Below are positions 1 through 10,548 of a DNA stretch of 64,000 nucleotides, piece by piece. Below the pieces are notes generated by a model. It did not search any database, was not told the origin of the DNA, and saw only the letters and a list, made by a program, of their open reading frames with translations. Position 1 is the first letter of the stretch. Each line of letters begins with the position of its first letter. The position numbers and the translations under genes are program-made. Where the stretch lies: the NCBI RefSeq assembly GCF_009914755.1, contig NC_060933.1. The stretch is one strand, 5' to 3'. Source of the stretch: the human T2T-CHM13v2.0 reference genome, Homo sapiens.

Positions 1-174
1 TCCAAAAATATTGGGGGCCTAAGTAGTTAAAATAATAAAAAAAAAAAAGGTGCAAAGTAAGCCTTTGATGAAAGCCTGTAGGAATCAGCTAATTTTCCAA
101 TAGATAATTTTAGGCTTATGAAGAAATGCTAGATGAAACAATGAAAGCAGTCATGGAAAGATCATGACTTTCTA

Positions 175-352
175 CTCTGGTAGAACTGGGTTTGAATCCA
201 GACTCTGCCACCTAATAGCTCCATGATATAGAGAATTTACTTAATATCCTTTGCTCTCTAAAATGGGAATGATAACAATAACCTTATAGGATTAGGCAGT
301 AACTTAATTGACATAGCACAGTGTCTGACTCATAACGGATATGGAAATGCTT
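175..352 (+). mobile_element. MIR SINE relic
   Basis: Contains ctgggtttgaatccagactctgccac...taaaatgggaatgataac...agcacagtgtctgac, resembling the MIR core and 3' end. Confidence 0.75.
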
Positions 353-649
353 TTTGAGAATGAATGTTAATTGTTCAATACAGAACTTTGTATGTGGACT
401 ATGACTAAAATAGGTTTGTCTGAAAAGAAACAAGGATACTTTTTCACTCCAGATAAGTCACTTAGACAAGATAAGCCTTCAGTCTTCTAATCTATAAAAT
501 GTCGAGGTTGAGTTAGATGATTTCCCAGGGTACTTATTTTATTATTCTATTATATTCTAAACTGCTGCTCTAAGAAATTTCCAATTTAAATGATATTAAG
601 ATTATGTAGCAGATAAATTACCCTAATGTTAGCTATGAAATATCTGAAG

Positions 650-812
650 GCTGTGGCTCTCAACCCTGGCTGTACATTAGAATCAACTGAGCAGCTTTAA
701 AAAATACTCACATCCCCCAACTTACATAGAATATTAAAGAAGTACAGCTTTCACACTGATTTTTTTTAAGTTGCATGGTGATTCTGATTGTAGTTAGGAT
801 TTAGAACCATCA
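650..812. mobile_element. MER5A-like hAT-Charlie DNA transposon relic
   Basis: Starts gtggctctcaaccctggctgtacattagaatca and ends ggtgattctgattg...tttagaaccatc, typical of MER5 termini. Confidence 0.65.
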
Positions 813-1172
813 GCTTCAAAGACAGCCATAAATATGCCAGCTGTAAGAGAAGTTAAGATCAGAAGTAGCAAGAATCCCATTCTGTTTCCCAGGCAAAGCA
901 TACCCTGATACACGTGTACCTCAAAGAAACCTTCCTTGAAGTCCCTCACCAAAACTCTATTCTCTCATTTCTATCTGTCTATCACATAGCACCTTCAAAC
1001 TCAATTTGTTCATAATCAAATTCATTTTTTCATTAATATCTGTTCTTTTGCATGATTTTCATTTCTGTTAAGAAAACCTCCATTTTCCAATTTTTCAAGT
1101 TCTATTATTCTCCAGCTTGAAATTTAAGACTTTCTCTTCTACCATAATTCCTCAAAACCTGCCTGCATATGT

Positions 1173-1200
1173 ACACACACACACACACACACACAAACAC
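1173..1200 (+). repeat. (CA)n microsatellite
   Basis: Visible acacac run. Confidence 0.95.
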
Positions 1201-1249
1201 AACTACTCAACCAATTAATTTATATTTTACATTTAAAATTATTTTTCTG

Positions 1250-1505
1250 GTAAAGCTTCCTCTGAATTTCCCAAAACTAGGACACATGTCCTGATGTATG
1301 TGCTTATAGCTCCTGGTCCTTTCATCCATAAGAAATATGAATTCAGTGTTAGGTTTATTTCTATGATCTATTGTTTAACATATATCTTCACCATTAGAAT
1401 GTGAAGTCCATAAAGGCAAAGACAATGTTTTTGCTATTTATCCCTAGAAATAAGACGAGGTCCTCAACACGATAAGAATTCAATAAATATTTGTTGAGTA
1501 AGTTA
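1250..1505 (+). mobile_element. L2 LINE 3' end
   Basis: ccattagaatgtgaagtccataaaggcaaagac...ttcaataaatatttgttgagt is the L2 terminal motif. Confidence 0.75.
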
Positions 1506-1974
1506 ACTAAAGATTAAATTGTCTCTTTGTTATTGTTATTTGCACTTATTTAGTTATTGGTAAGTCTGAGCATCTTTTATTATGTCTATTGGTCTTGTGC
1601 ATTTCTTCTGCGAATTAGTTTCACTATGGTATAATCATCCAGACTCATTCAAGTCCAGTAATCTATTCATCAGTAAACAGAGATCAGGTCTCCATTGATA
1701 TAGGTGAAATTCTAACTGTCTCTTTGGTATCAAAATTTACAGTTCATCATCAAGAACTGCCATATAGGATAAAAACTTTCATCTGATTGACCTAATATCT
1801 TTAGGTTTGTGTATTTTCTGAAGTAAAGTCCTTTCAATCCTTATGCTTTGCAACACTACAGAATTTTATGTGTGCAGATCTTTTAGTTATCTGCCATTCT
1901 GAAACTGGTTAGGGTCAGTGTGACTAGAATTCACAAGTCCTATATGTTGCACCATGAGGAAATTGGGTCTGGTT

Positions 1975-2133
1975 CTAGGGCACAGGATGGACTCCTATTC
2001 CAGTTCCTTCTCTCATGGTTTGTGAGACCCTGGCAAGCTCTTAGTCTTTTTTCTGCTCTTATTTCTTAATTGAAAAAGAAATAATTTAGACTAGATGCAC
2101 TCTCTGCTCGGCTTATCTCTGACATTCTGTGAT
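1975..2133 (+). mobile_element. MIR3/MIRc-like relic
   Basis: tgtgagaccctggcaag...tagactagatg...ctctgacattctgtgatt resembles the MIR3 3' end. Confidence 0.55.
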
Positions 2134-2230
2134 TATTAGAATTACTTACAATTTATTGTTGAGATTGGATTTTTCCTACAAATTCTGTGGAGTTAGGTGT
2201 CCTAGTCTTGCATGTACATGTGCACATATT

Positions 2231-2470
2231 TGGCACTCCAGCCTGTGTGACAGAGACCCCATCTCAAAATAAAAACATTAAAAAATTAACAAAAAAATAA
2301 AAATCTCTGATGCAAATGGTTCTTAGCCTTAAATATTCAGGAAAGGTGCATAAGATTAAACACTATTGAAGCCAATAGTATTCATATACTCAAACTACTA
2401 TAAAAGTTTGTTTTTAATGTTAGGATCAACCTATAAACAAAAACTGATGTCTCAAGCATAGTAGAAAAAC
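2231..2470 (+). repeat. Dispersed local duplication (copy of 4450-5015 without the AluSg), beginning with an Alu 3' tail fragment
   Basis: Both copies share tggcactccagcctgtgtgacagag...aaatctctgatgcaaa(t/a)ggttcttagccttaaat...cataagattaaacactattgaagccaat...aaaaactgatgtct(c/t)aagcat(a/g)gtaga. Confidence 0.92.
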
Positions 2471-2556
2471 CATGTATGTGCATATGATATAAAATTATCA
2501 AAGTTGGAAAATGCTTTTATTTGGGAAACATTCTATCTTTTTTCTGTAAGAGATCA

Positions 2557-2963
2557 CTTAATAGTTTTCTATTGCTGTAGAAAATTACTACAAACTTAGC
2601 AGCTTAAAATAATACTATGTTATTATCTCATAGTTCTTGTGGGTCAGAAATATAGGCATGGCTTAGTTGGTTTCTTTGTTCAGGTTCTCAAAAGGCTTCA
2701 ACCAAGTGTTGGCTAGGCTTAGTCTCTTATGAGGCTCAGGGTCTTCCAAGCTCATTTGGTTGTCACCAGGATTCATTTCCTTGCAGTTGTACAACTCATG
2801 AAACCTTGATTCTGCAAGGCCAGGAGGAGAGAGAGAGAGAGAGCATCTGCTGCTTCTAGTCTCTTCTCTTTGGAATCCTTTTAAGGATTCCCCCTGATAA
2901 GGTCACTTAAGGAGACAGGGAATGTAAGGAATTGAGATTCATCTTAGAATTCTGCATAGCACA
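2557..2963 (-). mobile_element. MaLR LTR (MLT1E-like)
   Basis: tagttttctattgctgtag...caaacttagcagcttaaaa is the reverse complement of an MLT1 3' end. The other end reverse-complements to tgtgctatgcagaattctaagatg, an MLT1E-type 5' end. Confidence 0.75.
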
Positions 2964-3552
2964 TTCACACATAGTCTATAACATAATCTGAATGAGTCTT
3001 CTATATCAGCACTTCATTTTGGACACTATTCCAAATGGTATGAATGTTTAATTTTAACTGCTATTTTGAACATTTTATGAAAGTTATGAATATTTAATTT
3101 TAACTGCTTACTGGAACTAAAAATTTACTTTTAATTGGTCTAATAACTGTAATAAATATTTTTATCAGTTATTAACTCTAAGAATCTCTTGAAACTTAGG
3201 GTCCTAAGTTAAAATGTAAAATAACCCAGTCCTCCAATATACCTGCTTTTATCACTTGCATACGATACTGTAAGAATACACTTTTTGTAAAACTTAGCAA
3301 AGAGACTACTTGTTTTCACGTGAGAAAATAAAAGTGCAGAAAGAATATCTACAAAACGACTGCATTTTTTATTTATTTTTCTTTTATGTTATGAACTTTA
3401 AAAAGCATTTTGTCGGGGTTCAGAACATCAAAATGTTGCATATTCCCAAGTGCAATTTCATTCTTTGTGGCAAAACACCCATAAGTAATATTTTAACATG
3501 TGTCTAAAGTTAATTATTCTTATAGAAACATTACATGATTTTTAAAAAGCAC

Positions 3553-4085
3553 ACACAGCCTTTGAAGCAAGGCTGCTTGGGTTGAACCCCAGTGCCATCA
3601 CTAACCAGTTACATGACACTGGACATGTTTCATATTATTTTGGGGTCTCATCTTTTTTTTTTTTTTTTTTTTTTTGAAACAGAGTCTCGCTCTGTCGCCC
3701 AGGCTGGAGGGCGGTGGTGCCATCTAGGCTCACTGCAAGCTCCGCCTCCCAGGTTCACGCCATTCTCCTGCCTCAGCCTCCCGAGTAGCTGGGATTACAG
3801 GCGCCTGCCACCATGCCTGGCTAACTTTTTGTATTTTTAGTAGAGACCGGTTTCACCGTGTTAGCCAGGATGGTTTCGATCTCCTGACCTCGCGATCCGC
3901 CCGCCTCGGCCTCCCAAAGTGCTGGGATACAGGCGTGAGCTACTGTGCCCGGCCGGGGTCTCATTTTTCTTAGCAATAAAGTAAGCCATAATAGGTACCA
4001 GACTCAATAGGATTATGTAGAAGATTAACTTTTTAGTTATATTTGTTTCTATACACTGAGAAAGGGCCTAATAGTTAGCATTAAT
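3553..4085 (+). mobile_element. MIR interrupted by AluY
   Basis: gctgcttgggttgaaccccagtgccatcactaaccagtt lies before the Alu, and ataataggtacc...ataggattatgtagaagattaa follows it. Confidence 0.65.
3652..3954 (-). mobile_element. AluY, full length, with TSD
   Basis: Carries AluY diagnostics caagctccgcctccc...ttcacgccattctcc and ccgtgttagccaggatgg, plus a poly-T tail. The TSD ggggtctcat is at 3642-3651 and 3955-3964. Confidence 0.95.
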
Positions 4086-4288
4086 AAGGGTATATATGTG
4101 TATGTATATGCATGTATGTTTGTGTTAAATATATATTTATGTATTTTTAAATCCATACATAACAATTATGCCTTTCAATTCTAGACTTGTCCTTTTGTAT
4201 GCATGTACCAAATAAGGAAATCAGTAACTAGCTATTAAAGCACAAAGACAAAAATAATAGCAATATTGCTTTAAAAAATATCTGATGT

Positions 4289-4528
4289 CCCAGCCTGTGC
4301 AACATAGCAAAACCCCGTCTCTACAAAAAAATTCAAAAATTAGCCAGGCATAGTGATATGTGCCTGCAGCGACAGTTACTCAGGAAGTTGAGGCAGGAGG
4401 ATTGCTTGAGCCCAGAAGGCAGAGATTGCAGTGAGCCATAATTGTGTCATGGCACTCCAGCCTGTGTGACAGAGTGAGACCTCATTAGAAAATAAATACA
4501 TTTAAAAAAATTAAAAATTAAAAAAAAA
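4289..4528 (+). mobile_element. 5'-truncated AluJ (Jb-like)
   Basis: Has the J-type motif ggaggattgcttgagccc, the A-rich middle linker and an A-rich tail. Confidence 0.9.
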
Positions 4529-4640
4529 TTAAATCTCTGATGCAAAAGGTTCTTAGCCTTAAATCTGCAGGAAAGGGTGCATAAGATTAAACACTATTGA
4601 AGCCAATGGTATTTATATACTCAAACTACTATAAATGTTT

Positions 4641-4945
4641 TTTTGTTTGTTTGCTTGCTTTTGAGACAGAGTATTGCACTCTCTCCCGGGCTGGAGTGCA
4701 GTGGCAGGATCTTGGCTCACTGCAGCCTCTGCCTCCCATGTTCAAGCAATTCTCCTTGCTACAGCATCCCAAGTAGCTGGTATTACAGGCGCCCAAGACC
4801 AAGCCCGACTAATTTTTTTGTATTTTTACTAGAGACGGGGTTTCACTATGTTGGCCAGGCTGGTCTTGAACTCCTGACCTCATGATCCACCCGCCTCAGC
4901 CTCCCAAAGTGCTGAGATTACAGGCATAACCCACCGTGCACAGCC
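4641..4945 (-). mobile_element. AluS (Sg-like), full length
   Basis: ggccaggctggtcttgaactcctgacctcatgatcc fits the Sg pattern. A degenerate TSD ta(a/c)atgttt starts at 4632 and 4946. Confidence 0.92.
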
Positions 4946-6202
4946 TACATGTTTGTTGTTAATGTTGGTATCAACCCATACACAAAAACTGATGTCTTAA
5001 GCATGGTAGAGAAACTAGAATGTAAGGTTAGCGAACTTGAAAATGCAAAAGTAAAGTTAGAGCTAGTAGGAAACAGCTCAGCAAATAAGAAAGAGAAGAT
5101 AGAAAACATTGCCAATAAAAAAGATGTTTTACTCAGGCGACTAACTTACTGGTGAAGCCAAGGAGCTCATTAATTATACAAAAAAGATGGTTTCTATAGT
5201 TTAGACTATTAAAATTCCACTTTTGGACCAAAGGTAAAAATTGACAAGGGTAGCGTCACAATTAGCATGTGGAGTGTTTGTGCTAACTGTGATACTTTTA
5301 GATAAAGATTTCTCAAGATCTAGGCAGACAGAGGCCTGGGACCTGTAGCTGGGTGAGTAGGGCCAAACCGGCTTAAAACCACTAGCGTATGCAACAGGAT
5401 GCCTCTACATAGCAAAAACCTGTACACTCATAGCAAAAATGAAATGTCTTATAGCATGTCATATTCTTCCTGCATTCAGTCCCCGCATGGAGACTGTTTC
5501 TGGTTAAATGACCCCATGCACCCTATGAATCTGAGTGCCATGAAAAGTATCTACATAATGATGCCGCCATTGCTACTGCATGTATCCTAAAACCAGGCCT
5601 CTCCCCTGGGAGAGTAGCAAGGTGTCAGGTGGTGCCATGAGAAATGCAATAACACAAGCTCAACCAGGAAGCCTCATAGTTCCAGGTGGAGTCTGTTCTC
5701 TCTTCTACTGGGCAGGATTTTCTTGCTTATCCTTTCTGTTTAGGCTTCAGGTTCTGCCATATTGCTATGCACTCTCTCTCCCACCTTTGATCTCCTTTCC
5801 TTTCTTCTTTAATACATTAACTAGCAACTATCCCAATTTAGAAGCATTCCTTAGGCAGGAAAGAAATTATTGTCCAATCGTTCCAGAGCGATTCTTCAGC
5901 CAAAATGACCAACATAGTGTTTTGCCAGACAGAGGGGGTTTTCTCTCCTAAGAGACATTCTGACTCCAACCCCTAATTTTTATTTCTCCTATACATATGT
6001 TGCATGATTTATGTTTTAAGAAGTTTGAATAACTTGCAAAGCCTCAAATTCAATAATGACTAGAGCAATCCTAGTCTTAAGATTGGGAGATGAATATGAA
6101 TCAATTAAGAATTCAAAAATTTTTTCTAAAATACTTTAAAAATTTTGACCACAAACCTTTGTTGGAAGACTTGGAAACACAGAATCAACTGCAGAAAAAA
6201 TT

Positions 6203-6229
6203 GGGGGTGGGGGGTGGGTGAGGGTGGGG
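6203..6229 (+). other. Potential G-quadruplex motif
   Basis: gggggtggggggtgggtgagggtgggg has five G-runs of at least 3 with 1-3 nt loops. Confidence 0.6.
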
Positions 6230-7374
6230 ATGGTGGTTAATTTTGTCTTAATCCTCTTAAGAATGGAAAAACTTTAAAAAATTAACTTAAAGCTTCCATA
6301 ACCACCAAGAAAAGCAAAATTTGTTCATATTATCCAGTTAAAACGATCATAGATTTTTTTAAAAATTCCATTTGTTGTACCTAATTCTTTGATCACCAGC
6401 TGGATCATTAATTTAAAAACAATTATACCATTGCCCATTCTCAAATATAAGATGATAAACATCAGTTTATTAACTTAATGACCCAAGTAAAGAAACAATA
6501 CAACTTAGCTTTTGTTTTCAGAAATGCAGAAGTAGAACTCACTTATAGGTCAAGTATAGCATGAAAGAACAAAAATCTGCAATATCTAAAAGTCCACTAC
6601 AAATAAAATATGATGCACGCAAATGCAGGATCCTCTAGAGGCCAGGAAAGAACAGCAGGAGAATTTGCTTAAGACATGCAGTTCTTATCCTATCTAATTA
6701 AAGAATTAGAAGAAAAATGAAGCACCGCAGTAATGACATGCTTTTGGTATTTAAAAGCATCTCTGGCATGAAAGCTTTATCTCTGCCTCATTTACTTTAC
6801 AAATTCTAAAATATAGACATGGCAAGAGCCCAGATTAGAATTGGAAAATTAAAAACTTTTTTTCTGCTTTTTGAAGGGTTTATTTCAGAGATGCTAAAAT
6901 TGGATTATATGAAAATATAGCATAAATTAGAGAGGAGTCTAACCTTGCTATCATCTGTACTTAAAAAAACTGACTATATAATCGGCATCAATAAGGCACT
7001 CAGTTGGGAGTATAAGATGTAGAATAACCAAGACAAAGCTCCCTAACTTACTCCAAATTAAGATGGAGAGTTTTTTTTTTTTTTATTTCTTTTTGTTTCT
7101 CTTTTATATTCTCTGGAAAACCAAAGGCCAGTTTCAAATTTAATGAAAAGCCTTCCAGGATGGGATGAGTATAAGAGTCTATGCTATAAAGTTGAAAGGC
7201 TCTAGAAATGAGGTAGGTTATACAAAGTTTGGGTAGATTTATTCACAACCTTCTTATTTATGGACTTATTCATATACTATGTATTATTTTATGTATTTAT
7301 TAACAGGATCTATGTGTCATTTCCCCCAATTTAAGAAAGCAAGGCAGCAACTTTTACACTTTTGTTTCTTATGT

Positions 7375-7950
7375 GTTTTTCAGTGAACATCTACTGAGTG
7401 TAAACTACAGAGCAAGCTCCAGCTGAGGTGTTGGAGATGTGCAGGGGAGCACAGAGGAAAACCCTGCTTAGGTTGATGTGACTGCCTAACATCAAAGACA
7501 ATACTGAGGCAAAGGAGGTCCCCCAAACACCTACAATCACTATGACGAGAAATTTGTCTTGAAATCTGAAAGATGAGTGAAAATAACCTGGTAGGTTGCT
7601 TCCCCTACCGCCCCGCCATTTGTGCTAATATTCCAACTGGTCTTTAATTAGGAAAAAGAAGAGAAAAAGAAAAAGAAAATGACTTCTAATATCGGAAGGT
7701 TCTTTATTCAACACAGCACTCTAGGACATTGTAAACAAAGGGCTAAATAGGAAATCTTGCCATATAATTTGGCACTAAACATTTATTCAACATGTATTTT
7801 AAAGTACTTGTTATGCATATGAGGTTTAAAATATAGTAAGGTACATAGGATATGTATACAAGAAATTGTAATAAAGAATAGAATAAAATGTATGGAAAGA
7901 GAGGTACAGATAGAATCTTAAGCAGTGTTCAGAGAAAAACAGATCCCTTA
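7375..7950 (-). mobile_element. L2 fragments
   Basis: Seen as aacatctactgagtg..., ttgaaatctgaaagatgagt and catttattcaacatgtatttt...tacttgttatgc. Confidence 0.5.
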
Positions 7951-9089
7951 TGTGCAGCTGCTGAGGAGCGGTAGGGTAAAAAGGGTTATAGTTAAATTTT
8001 CATATATTCATTTGTTTCAGTGAAATTTAAAAGTTGGCATTTTGGTCAATTTGGATTTTTCCTAAATGCTTATCATGAATTAAAATAACAAAGAAAATCT
8101 GACAGGATGACCATAATACATTACTGAAATTTTAATACTCAAATCATTATCCAGGAGCTTCCCCAAAGGTGTGTAAAAATAACTACATTAAATGGTGATT
8201 GTGAGTGGGTGGTTGCTGCTATCCACAAACTGCATATCAGAAGGTACCCAAAATACTGTTCATTTATTCAATAGTAGTCAATGTATTTCTTCCCTCAGTA
8301 CTCTTCTATCCTGTTCCCTTTGTATGACAGGCTGATTATTATTTCCCAGAACTGTTGACAAAGACAATCTTAAGCTGCTTCTTTTACTCTTTTTCATACT
8401 GCAACGATCTAAAGGAGGCATTGATGCACATGTAAACCCATAAATCAGGTTCCGACTGAAGAAAAAGAATGTCAGACATTTGCTTTCAGGATTATGGTAC
8501 TACATGAGAAAGCTGTAGTTGTATCACAGTGCAGCTTAATTCTGGAAAGCTTCTCTTTTACTTTCCTCCATATGTTTAAAAATTACAGATTCCAATGACA
8601 TACATTATAATATATGCATAGAGTAAGAAATTAAGGAATTATATTATTGACTCCTGCAATAGGTTAATTTTCCTTACATTATTTTTATTTTTGGTTTTAA
8701 TTAAGGAGAGCAAAGGAGATGTGTTATTTAAAAATGCATTTATAGCTGACATGCATTATGTTTAGGAGACAAAAAGACAACAGAAGCATTCTCCAGATAA
8801 TAAAGTATAATAAATAAGTGTCAAGGTCATGAAGTGTCATTGTTATTTGGGAGGAATTATTGTTAATTAGCATCATAATTAAATAAAAATATTTCAACAA
8901 AGGAAGTACACATGCAAAATCCTACAGATACTGTTGAATATAAAATAAACCCTCTTGATCTAGAAATGCTAGGCTAAAGCTAGAGAACTGTTTGTTGTTT
9001 AGCTAATATTGACCCATCTAACAGTCTGACCTTCCTTTTTTTAAAAACAAATTCCATTGTTTAGAGAATCTACACTTTTTTTTTTTTTT

Positions 9090-9935
9090 TTGCTCCTTAC
9101 TGGTAATTTCTTTAAGAATGAGCATATAGTGAGATTCCTCTTGAGATATGAAGAAAAACTTCCTAAGGGGCTTCTGAGAAAGGTTTCTTCAGTGATAAAT
9201 AGAGACTCACAGACAGATGGGGCCTTTTCTCTTCCACTGAACACTAGAGTCTCCCTGGGTTTCCTAAAAAGAGCAGCCATCATGCAGTCACCAGGAGTGG
9301 CAGCTGAGGACAAAGTCAACCAGATGCAGAGGCAAAGTAGAAAGAATATGTAGTAGATGGAATGATGGTCTCAAAACATGGTCAACATCCTAATCCTTGA
9401 CATCCTAATCCTTGAATGTTTGAATGTTGCCTTATAGGGCAAAAGAAACTTTTCAGAGATGATTAAGGGAAGATATTGAGATGGGAAGATGAGCGGAGAT
9501 TATTTGGGTGGACCCTACATATAATCACAAGTGTTTTTAATAAACAGTGGAGCAAAGGTAGATTTTACCATAGAGAGGAGAATTTAATGTGATAGAAGCA
9601 GAGAGAGAGACTTGAAGATGCTACACTGCTGGCTTTGAAAATGGAGGAAGAGGCCCTAAGCCAAGAAACGCAGGTCTAGATTCTGGGAACAGAAAAGGAA
9701 CCAAATTCTCCTCTACAGTCTCAGAAGGGAAAGCAGCCCTGAAGATACCTTCACTTCACACAGTGAAACTTATTTCAGACTTCTGGACTCCAGGACTGTA
9801 CAAAAATAATTTTGTGCTGTTTTAAGGTATTAGGTTTGTGGAAATTTGTTGCAGAAGCCAGAGGAAACTAATGGAGACGTAAAGAAAATTTGAAAGAGCC
9901 ACTGAATTAATGCACCTTGGAGCCACTCATTTATA
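9090..9935 (+). mobile_element. Old MaLR LTR (MLT1J-like) interrupted by MLT1D
   Basis: ggggcttctgagaaaggtttc...gcagccatcatgc...gaggacaaagtcaac...agaaaga precedes the insert, and gagccactgaattaa...cttggagcc follows it. Confidence 0.6.
9349..9875 (+). mobile_element. MLT1D solo LTR
   Basis: Starts tgtagtagatggaatgatgg, contains gaagatgctacactgctggctttgaaaatggaggaag, and ends gtttgtggaaatttgttgcag...ggaaactaat. Confidence 0.85.
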
Positions 9936-10204
9936 GTACTGATAAGTGCACCGGGGAATTATCTGAGTGGCAGTGATGGCTGTTTTCTACAGTAAAGATC
10001 TGGTTAATGGGTTTACATTTTTGCTGAAGTTACTGGACCTTCTAAATTTCCATGCACTAAGTAGCCTTAGAGTAAGCTCTCCATTATTTTAAGTAATTTT
10101 GGTCCCTATATTATGAAAAGTTCTAAGGCGTTAATCCTAACCCAGGAAAAATGTAAATCATTCATCGTAATTTTATTATAATTAATCCTGAAAGCTATCC
10201 TCAT

Positions 10205-10548
10205 AAAAGACAGCACATTTTCAATTGCCCAAGTAAAAGATACTGAGGAGACATGTTGAATCTATTTTTCTCTCACACTTCACCTATAATCTGTCAGCAC
10301 ATCCTTCAGCTCTGCCTTCAATGTCTCTGAAATCAGACTACTTGTCTCTCCCCTTTCTTAATGCCACTATCCTAGTCCAAACCACCTTATAGTGTTAGCC
10401 TTCAGCTGTTCTTCCTGACATCACCCTTATAAAAATATATACAATGGATCATGTTATTCTGCTCAAAACCTTCCAATACCTTCTCATTTCTCTTGGAATA
10501 AAAGCAAAAGTCTCAAAAATTGTCTACAAAGATCATATGATCTGTACA
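10205..10548 (+). mobile_element. L2a fragment
   Basis: cagctctgccttcaa...gccactatcctagtccaaaccacc...gatcatgttattctgctcaaaaccttccaa. Confidence 0.75.

Noticed and set aside
3592-4885. ORFs 3592-3840 and 4643-4885 (also 27545-27730, 36541-36789, 41474-41686)
   Set aside because: These are translations of antisense Alu sequence ([23 protein letters not shown]), a classic false-positive class.
4949-5155. 68-aa coiled-coil-looking ORF (MVEKLECKVSELENAKVKLE...)
   Set aside because: It starts inside the duplicated segment next to an Alu TSD. The K/E richness follows from A-rich composition, and there is no splice context or recognisable family.
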